A stretch of DNA of 32,000 nucleotides from Fibrobacter succinogenes subsp. succinogenes S85 (GCF_000146505.1 NC_017448.1:120001-152000), one strand, 5' to 3'. Positions 8,939 to 17,096 are shown, counted from the first letter of the stretch. Numbers and translations are program-made. Notes: generated by a model from the letters alone, not told the origin.

Positions 8939-9086
8939 AATATCTGCACGTGTGGCGTCTTCATCGCGAAGTTGCGTCGTGCGTGCCAAAAACCTCTTTG
9001 CTTTTTGACGATATAAAGATAGCTCAATATTTCAAGAAATGTAAAGTAAGGCGAGGAAAAGGGAGATTTTTTCTACATTTCCCTCT

Positions 9087-12000
9087 ATGCTTACCATTTC
9101 GGAATTCCTTCAAGAAAATTCGTTCCCTGCGATTTCGCTTTTTGAAAATGCTGATAACGAGGCCATTCACGTCAATGGCGCGTCAGTTCCGCTTGCCTCG
9201 ATGATGGTCGCAAACCGCTTCTTGAAAAGCCCGCAGAACATTCTGGTGATTGCGAAGGATTACCGCAGTGCCGAAGTTTGGGTCGAGAATCTCGAAAGCA
9301 TGGTGGGCGAGGAGTTTGTTCGCTTTTTCCCGTCGCTCGGCTTGAAACCTTACGAAATCAAGGTGCCGTTCGAGGGCGTGCTTGAAGAACGTCTGAAGTT
9401 CTTCCGCGATGTTTCGCATACCGAAAAGCCGTTTGTTGTTGTTTGTCCGCTTGATGCGTTCTTGATGAAACTCCCGGAACCGGGCGAAATTATGCGACAG
9501 GTGCGTACGCTCCGCGTCGGCGACCAGCTGGAGCCTTCGTCTTTACGCCCGTGGTTCTTGGACCATGGCTTTGTAGAACAGCCGATGGTGAGCGGCGTGG
9601 GCGAGTTTTCGATTCGCGGTTGCATCGTCGATGTGAACTGCTTGCTTTATCCGCACCCCATCCGTATTGAATTTTACGGTGACGAAATTGAATCTATCCG
9701 AGCATTCGATATTTTCTCGCAACGTTCGCTGGAGCAGATGACGCATATCGAGTTTTTCCCGATGGGTGAATTTACGGTGCCGGAATCGGTGATGGCGGGC
9801 GAGGAATGTTCTGTAGAATCACTTTGGTGGCATCGTCCGCATCACCAGCGTTTGGTGGCGAGCCTCTTGGATTACATGCCGCGAGCATCGCTTGTCTTTG
9901 AAGAACTTTCGTTGCTTTCGGAAACGGCTTCGAAGATGTATGGTGCGTTCCGCGGTGCTTATGACGAAGCTCGCGTGACGGATGCGGGGGTAGCTGCTCC
10001 TGCGGATATTTGGTTTAAAATAGGTGAGCTTTCGCGTTTGTTTGTAGGTCGTGCATCACTTGATATGACTCGTGTCAAAGTTGATGATGGCAATTGGCAC
10101 GAAATGCACATGCGTCCGCAAGATTTTACTTCGAATGGCACGGATGCAGTCGCCAAAGAAATTGAAGAATTTTATGATAAGGGCGGTCGCGTTTATGTGA
10201 TGGCGCAGACGCTTGGCGGCGTGAACCGCTTGCGTGAAATTTTTGATGGCTTACCCATCGAAGATTATTTTATCGGAAACTTGAGCGAAGGCTTTTGGCT
10301 CGAAGACGATAATGTCGCGTTCCTCACGGAATCGAGAATTTTAAACCGTCATGCGAATAAAGCTCGCAAGCACAAGATTGCGGGATCGGTGACGAATGCG
10401 TTGATGGTGGAATCGCTCAATCGCGGTGACCTCGTGGCGCACGAAGACCACGGCATTGGCCGTTATTTGGGTCTTGTTCGTGTGGAAGTCAATGGTGGTA
10501 TGGTCGACTGCGCGTTGCTGGAATACGATGGCGGAGATCGCCTGAAGTTCCCCGTGTCGGACCTGCAAAAGATTGAACGCCTCGACCGTCCGGAAGATAT
10601 TGAGACAAAGCTCGACCGTCTCGGCAGCAAAACTTGGGAAAACATCAAGAAGCGCGTCAAGCAGAAGGTCATCCAGATTGCACGTGACCTCGTGGAACTT
10701 TATGCCAAGCGCGAACTCGTCGAAGGTTTCGGTTTCCCGCCTGATGGCAACATGCAAAAGGAATTCGAGGATTCGTTCGAATACGATCCGACGCCAGACC
10801 AGCTCCGTGCCACGGCCGATATTAAGCGTGATATGGAAAGCCATCGCCCGATGGACCGCTTGATTTGCGGTGACGTGGGCTTTGGAAAGACCGAAGTTGC
10901 CATGCGTGCGGCGTTCAAGTGCGTGTCGTCGAACAAGCAGGTCGCCATTCTCGTGCCGACGACGATTCTTGCGGCACAACATTACGAAAACTTCTGCGAA
11001 CGCTTTGCCGCTTACCCGGTCAAGATTGCGCTCATGAACCGCTACAAGAGCGCCAAGGAAAAGAAGGAAATCTTCAAGGAAATCGCGGCTGGTACGGTGA
11101 ACATCGTCATCGGAACGCATGCGCTTTTGTCGAACAAGAGCGAGTTTAAGGACTTGGGACTTTTGATTATCGACGAAGAGCAAAAGTTTGGCGTGAAGCA
11201 AAAGGAAAAATTGCGCCAGCTTCGCCTTGCTGTTGATACGCTCAGCATGAGTGCGACTCCGATTCCGCGTTCGTTGCACTTGAGCATGACGGGCGTTCGC
11301 GATATTTCGCTTATCAATACACCACCGATTAACCGCTTGCCGGTCGAAACGAAGCTGATGCAGCGCGATGATGAAGTCTTGAAGAATGCGATTCTAGATG
11401 AACTCGCTCGTGGCGGCCAGGTGTTCGTGGTGAATGACCGCGTGCAGACAATTTACAAGCTCACCGAAGATATCGAAGCGATGGCGCCCGAAGCGAAAGT
11501 CGCTGTGGCTCATGGTCAAATGGAAGACCACGAGCTTGAACGCGTGATGGATGCATTCCTTTCGCGCAAGTTCGATATTCTCGTGAGCACGAGCATTATT
11601 GAATCTGGCTTGGATGTGCCAAATGCGAACACGATTATCATCATGAACGCGCACCACTTTGGCATTAGCCAGCTTTACCAGATGCGTGGCCGCGTGGGCC
11701 GTAGTAGCGTCTTGGCAAAGGCTTTCCTCGTCATTCCACAGCGTGGTGAAATCTCGCAGGAATCTATGCGTCGCCTCAAGGCTTTGGAACAGTTTACTGA
11801 CCTCGGTAGTGGCTACCAGCTCGCTATGCGCGACCTCGAAATTCGCGGGGCGGGCAACTTGCTCGGTCAGGAACAGCACGGCTTTATTGCTGAAGTCGGC
11901 TTTGAAACTTATGTGCGCTTGGTGCGTGAAGCGGTTGAAATGCTGCGCGGTGGTGCTCTCGAAAAGCCGATTCAGCCGCGTGTGGAAATCGGTGTGGATG

Positions 12001-12485
12001 CTTACCTTCCCGAAGATTACGTGGAAGACGGTCTCACGAGAATTTCGCTGTACCAGCGCATTGCTCGAATCACGACGCAGGCGGATGTGCAGAACATCGA
12101 AAGCGAATTGCAGGACCGCTTTGGCCCTGTGCCGACACCGGCGAAGATGCTTTTGCTTGTGACCGAACTTGGGCTTTTGGCTGGCCGTTTGCGTATCCAA
12201 GGACTTGCGCTTCGCAAGGGTGTTATCGTTGCGACATTTGCTGAAACGCCGTCGCCGGACCCGCGCGTGCTTGGCGAAATCAGCAGCCTCTGCACTTGCA
12301 ACATGCGTTATTTGGGCATGTCACCGCTACAGGCTGTGTTCGAAGTCGGGCGCGGGACTCCCGTGGAAATGGCAAAAAAGACGCTCGAAGTGTTCCGAGC
12401 GTTTGCAAATATCCAAGTTCAGGCGGCGACCGTCCGGTCGGCGGATCCTTTACTCAAGGCTCTTGGCGTAGGCGAGCCGAACTGA
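9087..12485 (+). CDS. mfd: Transcription-repair coupling factor
   Basis: 1132 aa. It has a UvrB-homology N-terminal region, a CarD-like domain (GDLVAHEDHGIGRYLG), superfamily-2 helicase motifs (GDVGFGKTEVA, DEEQKFG, SATPIPR, QLYQMRGRVGRS) and a TRCF C-terminal domain. Confidence 0.95.
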   Translation: MLTISEFLQENSFPAISLFENADNEAIHVNGASVPLASMMVANRFLKSPQNILVIAKDYRSAEVWVENLESMVGEEFVRFFPSLGLKPYEIKVPFEGVLEERLKFFRDVSHTEKPFVVVCPLDAFLMKLPEPGEIMRQVRTLRVGDQLEPSSLRPWFLDHGFVEQPMVSGVGEFSIRGCIVDVNCLLYPHPIRIEFYGDEIESIRAFDIFSQRSLEQMTHIEFFPMGEFTVPESVMAGEECSVESLWWHRPHHQRLVASLLDYMPRASLVFEELSLLSETASKMYGAFRGAYDEARVTDAGVAAPADIWFKIGELSRLFVGRASLDMTRVKVDDGNWHEMHMRPQDFTSNGTDAVAKEIEEFYDKGGRVYVMAQTLGGVNRLREIFDGLPIEDYFIGNLSEGFWLEDDNVAFLTESRILNRHANKARKHKIAGSVTNALMVESLNRGDLVAHEDHGIGRYLGLVRVEVNGGMVDCALLEYDGGDRLKFPVSDLQKIERLDRPEDIETKLDRLGSKTWENIKKRVKQKVIQIARDLVELYAKRELVEGFGFPPDGNMQKEFEDSFEYDPTPDQLRATADIKRDMESHRPMDRLICGDVGFGKTEVAMRAAFKCVSSNKQVAILVPTTILAAQHYENFCERFAAYPVKIALMNRYKSAKEKKEIFKEIAAGTVNIVIGTHALLSNKSEFKDLGLLIIDEEQKFGVKQKEKLRQLRLAVDTLSMSATPIPRSLHLSMTGVRDISLINTPPINRLPVETKLMQRDDEVLKNAILDELARGGQVFVVNDRVQTIYKLTEDIEAMAPEAKVAVAHGQMEDHELERVMDAFLSRKFDILVSTSIIESGLDVPNANTIIIMNAHHFGISQLYQMRGRVGRSSVLAKAFLVIPQRGEISQESMRRLKALEQFTDLGSGYQLAMRDLEIRGAGNLLGQEQHGFIAEVGFETYVRLVREAVEMLRGGALEKPIQPRVEIGVDAYLPEDYVEDGLTRISLYQRIARITTQADVQNIESELQDRFGPVPTPAKMLLLVTELGLLAGRLRIQGLALRKGVIVATFAETPSPDPRVLGEISSLCTCNMRYLGMSPLQAVFEVGRGTPVEMAKKTLEVFRAFANIQVQAATVRSADPLLKALGVGEPN

Positions 12486-13178
12486 TTCCAAGCGGCCTTC
12501 AAGTTCTTCAAGAAGCTCTGCAGGCTCGAGGAAAGATTCATCGGCATCGGTCTCGAAGAACACGTTGCTTTCGGGAATGAGCTTGATTGCGGCTGCGGTC
12601 GATTTTTTGCGGAAGCTATCCTCGTGCAGTGAAAAGAGCGCTCCAAAGGGGAGGGCTTTTTTCACAAAATTCGCATCACCACCAAAGCGGTGGAAAATCG
12701 GGCGCGGCGTTTCTCGAGACGGCGTGTCTTGTCCTTGCGCCGCCTTAAAACCAGCCTCTTCCAAAAGTTTCAACACGTGCATATAGTCGCCAACGCAGTG
12801 TATTTGCAAATCCCGCTTGAGTTCCAATGCAAGTCCGGCTTGCGCCAAAAAAATCTGGTCTTGGGGGCCGTCGTTGTAACCCGGATAGCGCTTGTCGATA
12901 CCCGCTTCGCCGACCATGGCAAGCGGATCTTCTTCTAAACGGGTGCGCAGTTGGTCTAAAGTTTCGCGAGTTGCCTGCGTTGCTATCATCGGGTGGATCC
13001 CGTAGGTCACTTTAAAAGGCTTGATTTCGGTCGAAAACTCTTTTTTCAGCTGCGAGACTTCTTCCCATTCCCAGGGTTCGCAAGAAACCGCAATAAAGTC
13101 ATAATTGCGGTCTAAAAGCAACTGCGCGAGCTGCTTTTTTTGGGGTAATCGTGCTAAATGAATGTGAAAATCGAACAT
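12450..13178 (-). CDS. TatD-family metal-dependent hydrolase
   Basis: 242 aa. N-terminal FDFHIHL (HxH) motif, internal GE.G.D, H..G and a distal D, typical of the TatD/amidohydrolase fold. RBS AGGGGG. Its 3' end overlaps mfd convergently by 36 nt. Confidence 0.7.
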   Translation of the reverse strand: MFDFHIHLARLPQKKQLAQLLLDRNYDFIAVSCEPWEWEEVSQLKKEFSTEIKPFKVTYGIHPMIATQATRETLDQLRTRLEEDPLAMVGEAGIDKRYPGYNDGPQDQIFLAQAGLALELKRDLQIHCVGDYMHVLKLLEEAGFKAAQGQDTPSRETPRPIFHRFGGDANFVKKALPFGALFSLHEDSFRKKSTAAAIKLIPESNVFFETDADESFLEPAELLEELEGRLESVRLAYAKSLE

Positions 13179-13318
13179 AATAGCCCCCTATATCTTTAAA
13201 ATACAAAGAATTTATGGAAAAACAAAATTATTTGCTTGTTTTTTGGGGTAAAAAAGCCTAGTTTAAGTTTGTTGGTGCGCCAACCCAAGTTTTTTATCAC
13301 CTCATTAAAGGAGTCGCT

Positions 13319-13516
13319 ATGCGCGATTTACTCGAAAAAGCTCTGAATAAAGGTTTGACTGTCTGCTTTACATCCGAAAATGGCTTTGATGTCATTCGAA
13401 TTTCTTCCGGTAACGAAGTTGTTGCAAGTTGCAGTCTTGGATCGAACAGCTTCCGTGCTTCGGTCGAAGAATCTCTCCAGGCGCTTTTGCTTGACCTGGA
13501 ACGCAAGGGCTTCTAG
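13319..13516 (+). CDS. Small hypothetical protein (65 aa)
   Basis: RBS AAAGGAG lies 6 nt upstream of the ATG. The amino-acid composition is balanced, and a strong hairpin terminator lies 50 nt downstream. No family recognised. Confidence 0.55.
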   Translation: MRDLLEKALNKGLTVCFTSENGFDVIRISSGNEVVASCSLGSNSFRASVEESLQALLLDLERKGF

Positions 13517-13539
13517 CGGACTTGCCGCATTATCTGTCG

Positions 13540-13560
13540 GCAGTAGACAGTAGGCAGTAA
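13540..13560 (+). repeat. 3 x 7-bp tandem repeat GCAGTAG/ACAGTAG/GCAGTAA
   Basis: Direct reading of the sequence. Each unit carries TAG or TAA, and the 7-bp period puts one stop in each + strand frame (starts at 13544, 13551, 13558). Confidence 0.8.
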
Positions 13561-13565
13561 TTGCA

Positions 13566-13603
13566 AAAGAAATCCTGCGAGGTCATCGCAGGATTTCTTT
13601 TAT
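13566..13603. terminator. Bidirectional hairpin terminator between convergent genes
   Basis: Perfect 15-bp stem AAAGAAATCCTGCGA/TCGCAGGATTTCTTT with a 5-nt loop. The stem ends are A/T-rich and supply U-tracts in both directions. Confidence 0.75.
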
Positions 13604-13618
13604 GGCTTTTGAGCAAAA

Positions 13619-15199
13619 CTAGTCTTTTACGCAGCGGACGTTTTGCAAGTCCGTTTTGTGACATGCGTAACCAGAAGTGTTTGCGTAATCGTCGTTGAAA
13701 TTGGCTATGGTTGAAGTCCAGAATTGCATTTGGAAATAGTCCATTCCAAAATCTTTATATAACAGTTTGTTTAAGTCTGGATCTTCAATTTTTTTGAACC
13801 TGGTATGCTTTAAAAGACATTCCCCTTCATAAACGGTATAGGGGTTGATTGATTCCATAAAGTCCTCTATTTCGTTATTGTCGGGTAAATGCCAACCTGA
13901 GGGACATGCGATTAAAGCTTGATTCCAGGTGTAGAATTTTCCATAGTTTTTACAAGTGGCTTCATGTTCTTTGCAGTAAGTGTCGTCTATGCTGTATTTG
14001 TTTTTACAACTTACAGGGCTTCCGATAAGTGGATGTTTGCAAGAATAATCAGAAGATTTTTTGCATTCATCTTCATATTCTTCGTCATCATCATTTTCTT
14101 CGTTTAATCTACATGCAGCATTTGTATCCACAACGTCAAATACGTAATTTAAGTTTTGGTCCATCCATGTTTTGCCGTTGATAACAACGGTTTTGTATGT
14201 TTGTCCGTCGCGTTCATCTGTAAATTCACCGTATTCAAATTCTGGCAAGGCGGGCGAGGTTGGCTCTGGCGGGTCAACCCAATCAACTCCTGCGGGCTCG
14301 TCTCTTAAGCAACGAAGCGAACACATGTACCAATGATATTCTTCAGTAAAATCAACTACTTCATACTCTTCTCTATAGCTGATGGCATAGTCTGCATCTA
14401 TTGCGATATTCCAAGTGAGCGTATCTACTGTTGTTAAAAATTTTCCCTGTGGATTCAATTCGTAATCAAATGTAAAACCATTCATCCCGTCACCCCAATA
14501 TACTACATTATATCCAGTAGGGATTGCAGCAAAGCCGAATTCATCAGTGCCGTTATCAAAGATCCATCCGGATTGTTTCGCTTTAAGTTTTTTGGATGTT
14601 CCGCATTTTCCGCCTATCGCTCTAGTCAATTGTTCAATTTCGGTTGGATTAGGCACATGAAAACCTTCAGGGCATATTCCACGTACCATTCCCGTTAAAT
14701 CACATGGTGTTTCATGATCGCAACCTTTGGCGCTTGATCCAAATATTCCTGCTGTGTCGATGGCGATGTCCCATGGGTAAAAGTGTTCGCTAGTGTCTGA
14801 AATCTCGCGAGACCGAACACCGCTCCATAAAGCGTCGTAAAAATTGTATTCGTCTTTATAAGCCCCGTCATCAACATATTGGGTGACATCCAATTTGAGA
14901 TTTTCAGCCATCCACACTTGGTTCCCGATGACGGTTGTCTTGTACGTCCTGCCATCGCGTAAATCGATGACTTGTCCATCTGTGATGATTGAACCGTTTG
15001 ATATTTCTGTGGAGGGTGTTTGTGAACTAGAACTTGTGACTACCGTTTCAGAACAGGAACTTGTTTCGATTACATCAGAGCTGGAGCTAGAATCCTCTTG
15101 ACTTGATACAGGAGGCTCGTTAAGTGCGACCGCATTTTCGTCACCACATGCCACAAGCGCAAGTGTCGCCGCTACCGCAAGCGTTCTTAATAATTTCAT
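13619..15199 (-). CDS. Lipoprotein with two FISUMP (Fibrobacter succinogenes major paralogous) domains
   Basis: Start reassigned to ATG 15199 (MKLLRTLAVAATLALVAC, lipobox), preceded by GGAGGA. A Ser-rich linker follows. Two repeats then match the FISUMP pattern: D.RDG.TYKT..IG.Q.WM.ENL ... CP.G.H.P...E, and DERDGQTYKTVVINGKTWMDQNL ... FYTWNQALIACPSGWHLPDNNE. Confidence 0.85.
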   Translation of the reverse strand: MKLLRTLAVAATLALVACGDENAVALNEPPVSSQEDSSSSSDVIETSSCSETVVTSSSSQTPSTEISNGSIITDGQVIDLRDGRTYKTTVIGNQVWMAENLKLDVTQYVDDGAYKDEYNFYDALWSGVRSREISDTSEHFYPWDIAIDTAGIFGSSAKGCDHETPCDLTGMVRGICPEGFHVPNPTEIEQLTRAIGGKCGTSKKLKAKQSGWIFDNGTDEFGFAAIPTGYNVVYWGDGMNGFTFDYELNPQGKFLTTVDTLTWNIAIDADYAISYREEYEVVDFTEEYHWYMCSLRCLRDEPAGVDWVDPPEPTSPALPEFEYGEFTDERDGQTYKTVVINGKTWMDQNLNYVFDVVDTNAACRLNEENDDDEEYEDECKKSSDYSCKHPLIGSPVSCKNKYSIDDTYCKEHEATCKNYGKFYTWNQALIACPSGWHLPDNNEIEDFMESINPYTVYEGECLLKHTRFKKIEDPDLNKLLYKDFGMDYFQMQFWTSTIANFNDDYANTSGYACHKTDLQNVRCVKD

Positions 15200-15236
15200 C
15201 CATATCCTCCTTAAAATAAACCATTTATCAGTAATA

Positions 15237-15265
15237 TAAAAAAACACCCTGCCAAGCAGGGTGCC
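15237..15265 (-). terminator. Rho-independent terminator of the Ala/Lys-rich envelope protein gene
   Basis: On the minus strand: GCACCCTGC-TTG-GCAGGGTG followed by T7 (plus-strand A-run 15238-15244). Confidence 0.7.
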
Positions 15266-15379
15266 TTTATAAAGCCGAGAGGTCTTCCGTGAATCACAAG
15301 TGCCTCGTATAAACGAGGCATGGTGGCGAGAGCGAGGTCCTGACGGAATCTTGATTAGCAAAAGGACCGAGCGGTCATA

Positions 15380-16972
15380 TTAATTTATTCTACCCACCAA
15401 GTTGCCAGAGAGCATGTAGTCTCTCGTTGCTCCATAGCTGTGGAAGCCTGCGGAGAGAGAGAATCGGTCCGTAAGAGCCTTTTCGAGGTAGAGGGCGCCA
15501 AGGACGTCCTTCACGTGCTTCGGATTGCCTTCGTAGTAACCATTCTTCTTACGGTCGTTGACGAATTCAGCTTCAAGGATGACGCGATCAACAGTCTTGA
15601 AGTTCATTTCGATACCGCCAGTGAGCGGAGCTACGAGATCTTCAGACATGTCCATGAGTGCAATTTCGCCAAAGAGCGTGAGGAAGTCCGGGATAATCGG
15701 AGCGCGGACCTTGAGAGACACGTTGTGTGCAATCTTGGCGTCGTTGTCGTGAATCTTGTCGAAAACGTTGCTGCGGTAGCCGAGCTGGATGTCAAAGAGT
15801 TCAAGGCTCGGGAGGTCGTGGAAGTTGAACACCAAGCGGAGGTCACCCTTGTTCAAGTGAGCGGACTTGCTGATAAGGGAGAGGGCGATGTCCATGTTTT
15901 CGCCAGCGAGGAAACCGAATTCGAACTGGTTTTCAGGATCCTGTGTGGAGAGGAATCCGTTTTTGTAACCATCGATGTAGCCACCGAAGTAGTCACCATT
16001 CTTGTCCGTGTTGTCCCAACGACCTACTCTGAAGCTGAACCAATCCTTGCTTTGGTAAGCCCATGCTTCGTCAAGCGTGAAGTAATCTTCAGCACTGCCA
16101 ACAGCGTGGTTTTCGCTATCAGTCTTCAGATCACCAGGATAGAAGGCGACAGCAAGTTTGCCCTTAAAGTTGTTGGTTTCGGCGAGGATGGCGAAGTTGG
16201 CCTGACCACTCCACTTTTCGAAGTTGTCAGAGTTTTGGTCGTCTTCGGATGTCCAGAAAACCTTGCCTGCTTCGAGTTCAAAGTCTGCGTTGATGTCGAA
16301 GTCAATTTCGTTGACAGTGAAGACGGCGTTTTCAATCATCTTCTTTTTCTTGCGGCTTGCAGTAGTGGCCGGTTCTGCAGCGGCTACTTCAGCCGGAGCT
16401 TCGACTGCGGTCGGAACTTCAACAGCCGGAGCGGGGGCAACAACAGGTGCCGGAGCTTCTGCGACTGGAGCTGCAGGGGCCTTGACTTCGGCGACCGGGG
16501 CGGGTTCAGCCTTCGGTGCTTCTGGGGTCGGAGCGAGTGCCGGAATAATCGGTTCTGCCGGAGCCTTTGTTTCTACGGCTGCAGCGGCGTCGGCCTTGAC
16601 TGCTTCTGCCTTTGCTTCAACAGCCTTGGCTGCATCCTGAGCCTTGACTTCGGCTGCCGGAGCCTTTTCTGCTACAGCGGCTTTTGCTTCGGTTTTGACG
16701 TCTGCGACAGCTGCCTTTGCTGCTTCAGGAGCTTTGGCTGCTTCCTGGGCCTTTGCATCGGCGGCAACCTTTGCGGTTTCAGCGGCCTTAGTTGCGTCTG
16801 CCTTGGCCTTTTCAACCTTAGCTTTCTTCTTTGTTGCTACGGTTTTGGCCTTGGTAACAGCGGCTTTTGCTTCTACTGCTGGTTTTTCGGTGGCTGTCTT
16901 AACATCTTCTGCACTCGGTGCTGCAAATACAGATGCTGCAAGCAGACAGGTTGCAAGAAACATTTTCTTCAT
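15380..16972 (-). CDS. Secreted envelope protein: signal peptide, ~190-aa Ala/Lys/Glu then Pro/Ala/Val low-complexity spacer, ~315-aa beta-rich C-terminal domain (putative outer-membrane barrel)
   Basis: 530 aa with RBS AAGGAG. Signal peptide MKKMFLATCLLAASVFA. Residues ~25-137 are KA..AAK-type, residues ~138-205 are AP/EP/VP-rich, then comes KKKK. The C-terminal part has alternating hydrophobic/polar strands rich in G, Y, F, D and N. Confidence 0.75.
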   Translation of the reverse strand: MKKMFLATCLLAASVFAAPSAEDVKTATEKPAVEAKAAVTKAKTVATKKKAKVEKAKADATKAAETAKVAADAKAQEAAKAPEAAKAAVADVKTEAKAAVAEKAPAAEVKAQDAAKAVEAKAEAVKADAAAAVETKAPAEPIIPALAPTPEAPKAEPAPVAEVKAPAAPVAEAPAPVVAPAPAVEVPTAVEAPAEVAAAEPATTASRKKKKMIENAVFTVNEIDFDINADFELEAGKVFWTSEDDQNSDNFEKWSGQANFAILAETNNFKGKLAVAFYPGDLKTDSENHAVGSAEDYFTLDEAWAYQSKDWFSFRVGRWDNTDKNGDYFGGYIDGYKNGFLSTQDPENQFEFGFLAGENMDIALSLISKSAHLNKGDLRLVFNFHDLPSLELFDIQLGYRSNVFDKIHDNDAKIAHNVSLKVRAPIIPDFLTLFGEIALMDMSEDLVAPLTGGIEMNFKTVDRVILEAEFVNDRKKNGYYEGNPKHVKDVLGALYLEKALTDRFSLSAGFHSYGATRDYMLSGNLVGRIN

Positions 16973-17096
16973 TACATGTACTCCTTGGGGGTGAGGTTAT
17001 GTTTAAAATCCTTGTTTAAATGTTAGAAAAAAAATATTAATCTTTTTTTTACTACATATAAAGCCCCCATTAATCTAATTTAAATATCCAAAAGAG

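Noticed and set aside
15200-15361. 54-aa N-terminal extension of the FISUMP ORF. There are similar extensions at 8939-8989 (ATP-grasp), 18754-18765 (gatB), 29127-29147 (glgC) and 20244-20303 (small membrane protein).
   Set aside because: Internal ATG, GTG or TTG starts are preceded by good RBSs and give canonical N-termini (lipobox, signal peptide, conserved family N-terminus). The extensions run through terminators or repeats. The ATP-grasp and small-membrane-protein starts remain genuinely uncertain.
15266-15379. Possible SRP (4.5S) RNA or other known ncRNA, suggested by a ..CCGUCAGGACC.. segment
   Set aside because: The conserved domain IV features are not present: no GGAA tetraloop and no AGCA/symmetric-loop partner. 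The overall fold is not a single long hairpin. I kept it only as an unexplained structured spacer.
15440-17026. 528-aa + strand ORF, Cys/Phe/Gly-rich
   Set aside because: It is the codon-aligned antisense of the Ala/Lys-rich envelope gene (16970-15440=1530, a multiple of 3). Its Cys/Ser/Phe-rich composition is just the complement of GCN/AAR codons. It has no RBS, whereas the minus-strand gene has an RBS, a signal peptide and a terminator.
16973-17096. Tiny ORFs and SD-like strings in the divergent region between the envelope-protein gene and the 359-aa gene (for example GGTGAGGTTATG giving MFKILV)
   Set aside because: The spacing between the SD-like string and the ATG is too short, the ORF is only 6 codons, and the string is the complement of the real RBS region of the minus-strand gene.
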